From: Armatimonadia bacterium
GTDB lineage: Bacteria; Armatimonadota; Zipacnadia; Zipacnadales; UBA11051
Assembly: GCA_039683575.1 (NCBI GenBank)
Contig: JBDKRC010000303.1
Coordinates: 1-15,163 of the forward strand
Reading direction: 5' to 3'
DNA: 15,163 bases
The position numbers and the translations under genes are program-made. Position 1 is the first letter of the stretch, and each line of letters opens with the position of its first letter. Positions 14,944 through 15,163 of the stretch are shown piece by piece. Under the pieces are notes generated by a model. That model did not search any database and was not told the origin of the DNA. It saw only the letters and a list, made by a program, of their open reading frames with translations.

Positions 14944-15163
14944 TACTGAGGGCCGTGGGCGCGCGAAGAGACGTCGGCGTCACCGGGCACGCTTGCCCGC
15001 AACGGTCAGCCGCCTTCCCACGCGTAGTGCGGGCGTCTCGCCAGTAGTGCCTCACAAAAAACCTAGACACCTTAGCTGGGCCTTTGTGGGCTGCTCCCAG
15101 AGCCGTTCGCGCAGTTTTAGCCAGACATTTCTTAGACCGGTCACGCGGCCCTGCTCGTCGGGC

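Overview
High-GC bacterial window with 12 intact protein-coding genes and no rRNA, tRNA, CRISPR array or transposase. The '[25 protein letters not shown](K/R)AREKARQ' prepilin-like proteins, together with UroD-like and ceramidase-like paralogs, suggest Armatimonadota or a similar lineage (inference). Gene order: aspartate ammonia-lyase (+), alpha/beta hydrolase (-), DUF1559 prepilin-type protein (+), degenerate GT4-like protein (+), RlmL-like THUMP methyltransferase (-), second DUF1559 protein (-), UroD/MtaA-family protein (+), long-chain acyl-CoA ligase (-), two neutral-ceramidase-like amidohydrolases (-), secreted GHL10-like TIM-barrel protein (-), secreted SdrD-B-domain protein (+). The most interesting signals are these. 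(i) A sigma-H-like promoter motif (AGGWWTY-N14-[G/C]AAT, one looser copy) recurs four times, including before both stand-alone prepilin genes, each of which is divergently paired with an enzyme gene. (ii) A 35-bp five-heptamer element occurs once between genes and once in frame inside the acyl-CoA ligase. (iii) A long palindrome family with a compensatory base change follows both ceramidase-like genes. (iv) A terminator begins right at the predicted transcription start of the SdrD gene. (v) A co-oriented glycosidase / amidase / amidase / acyl-CoA ligase run could encode glycolipid or N-acyl catabolism. All functional assignments come from motif recognition by eye; no searches were run.
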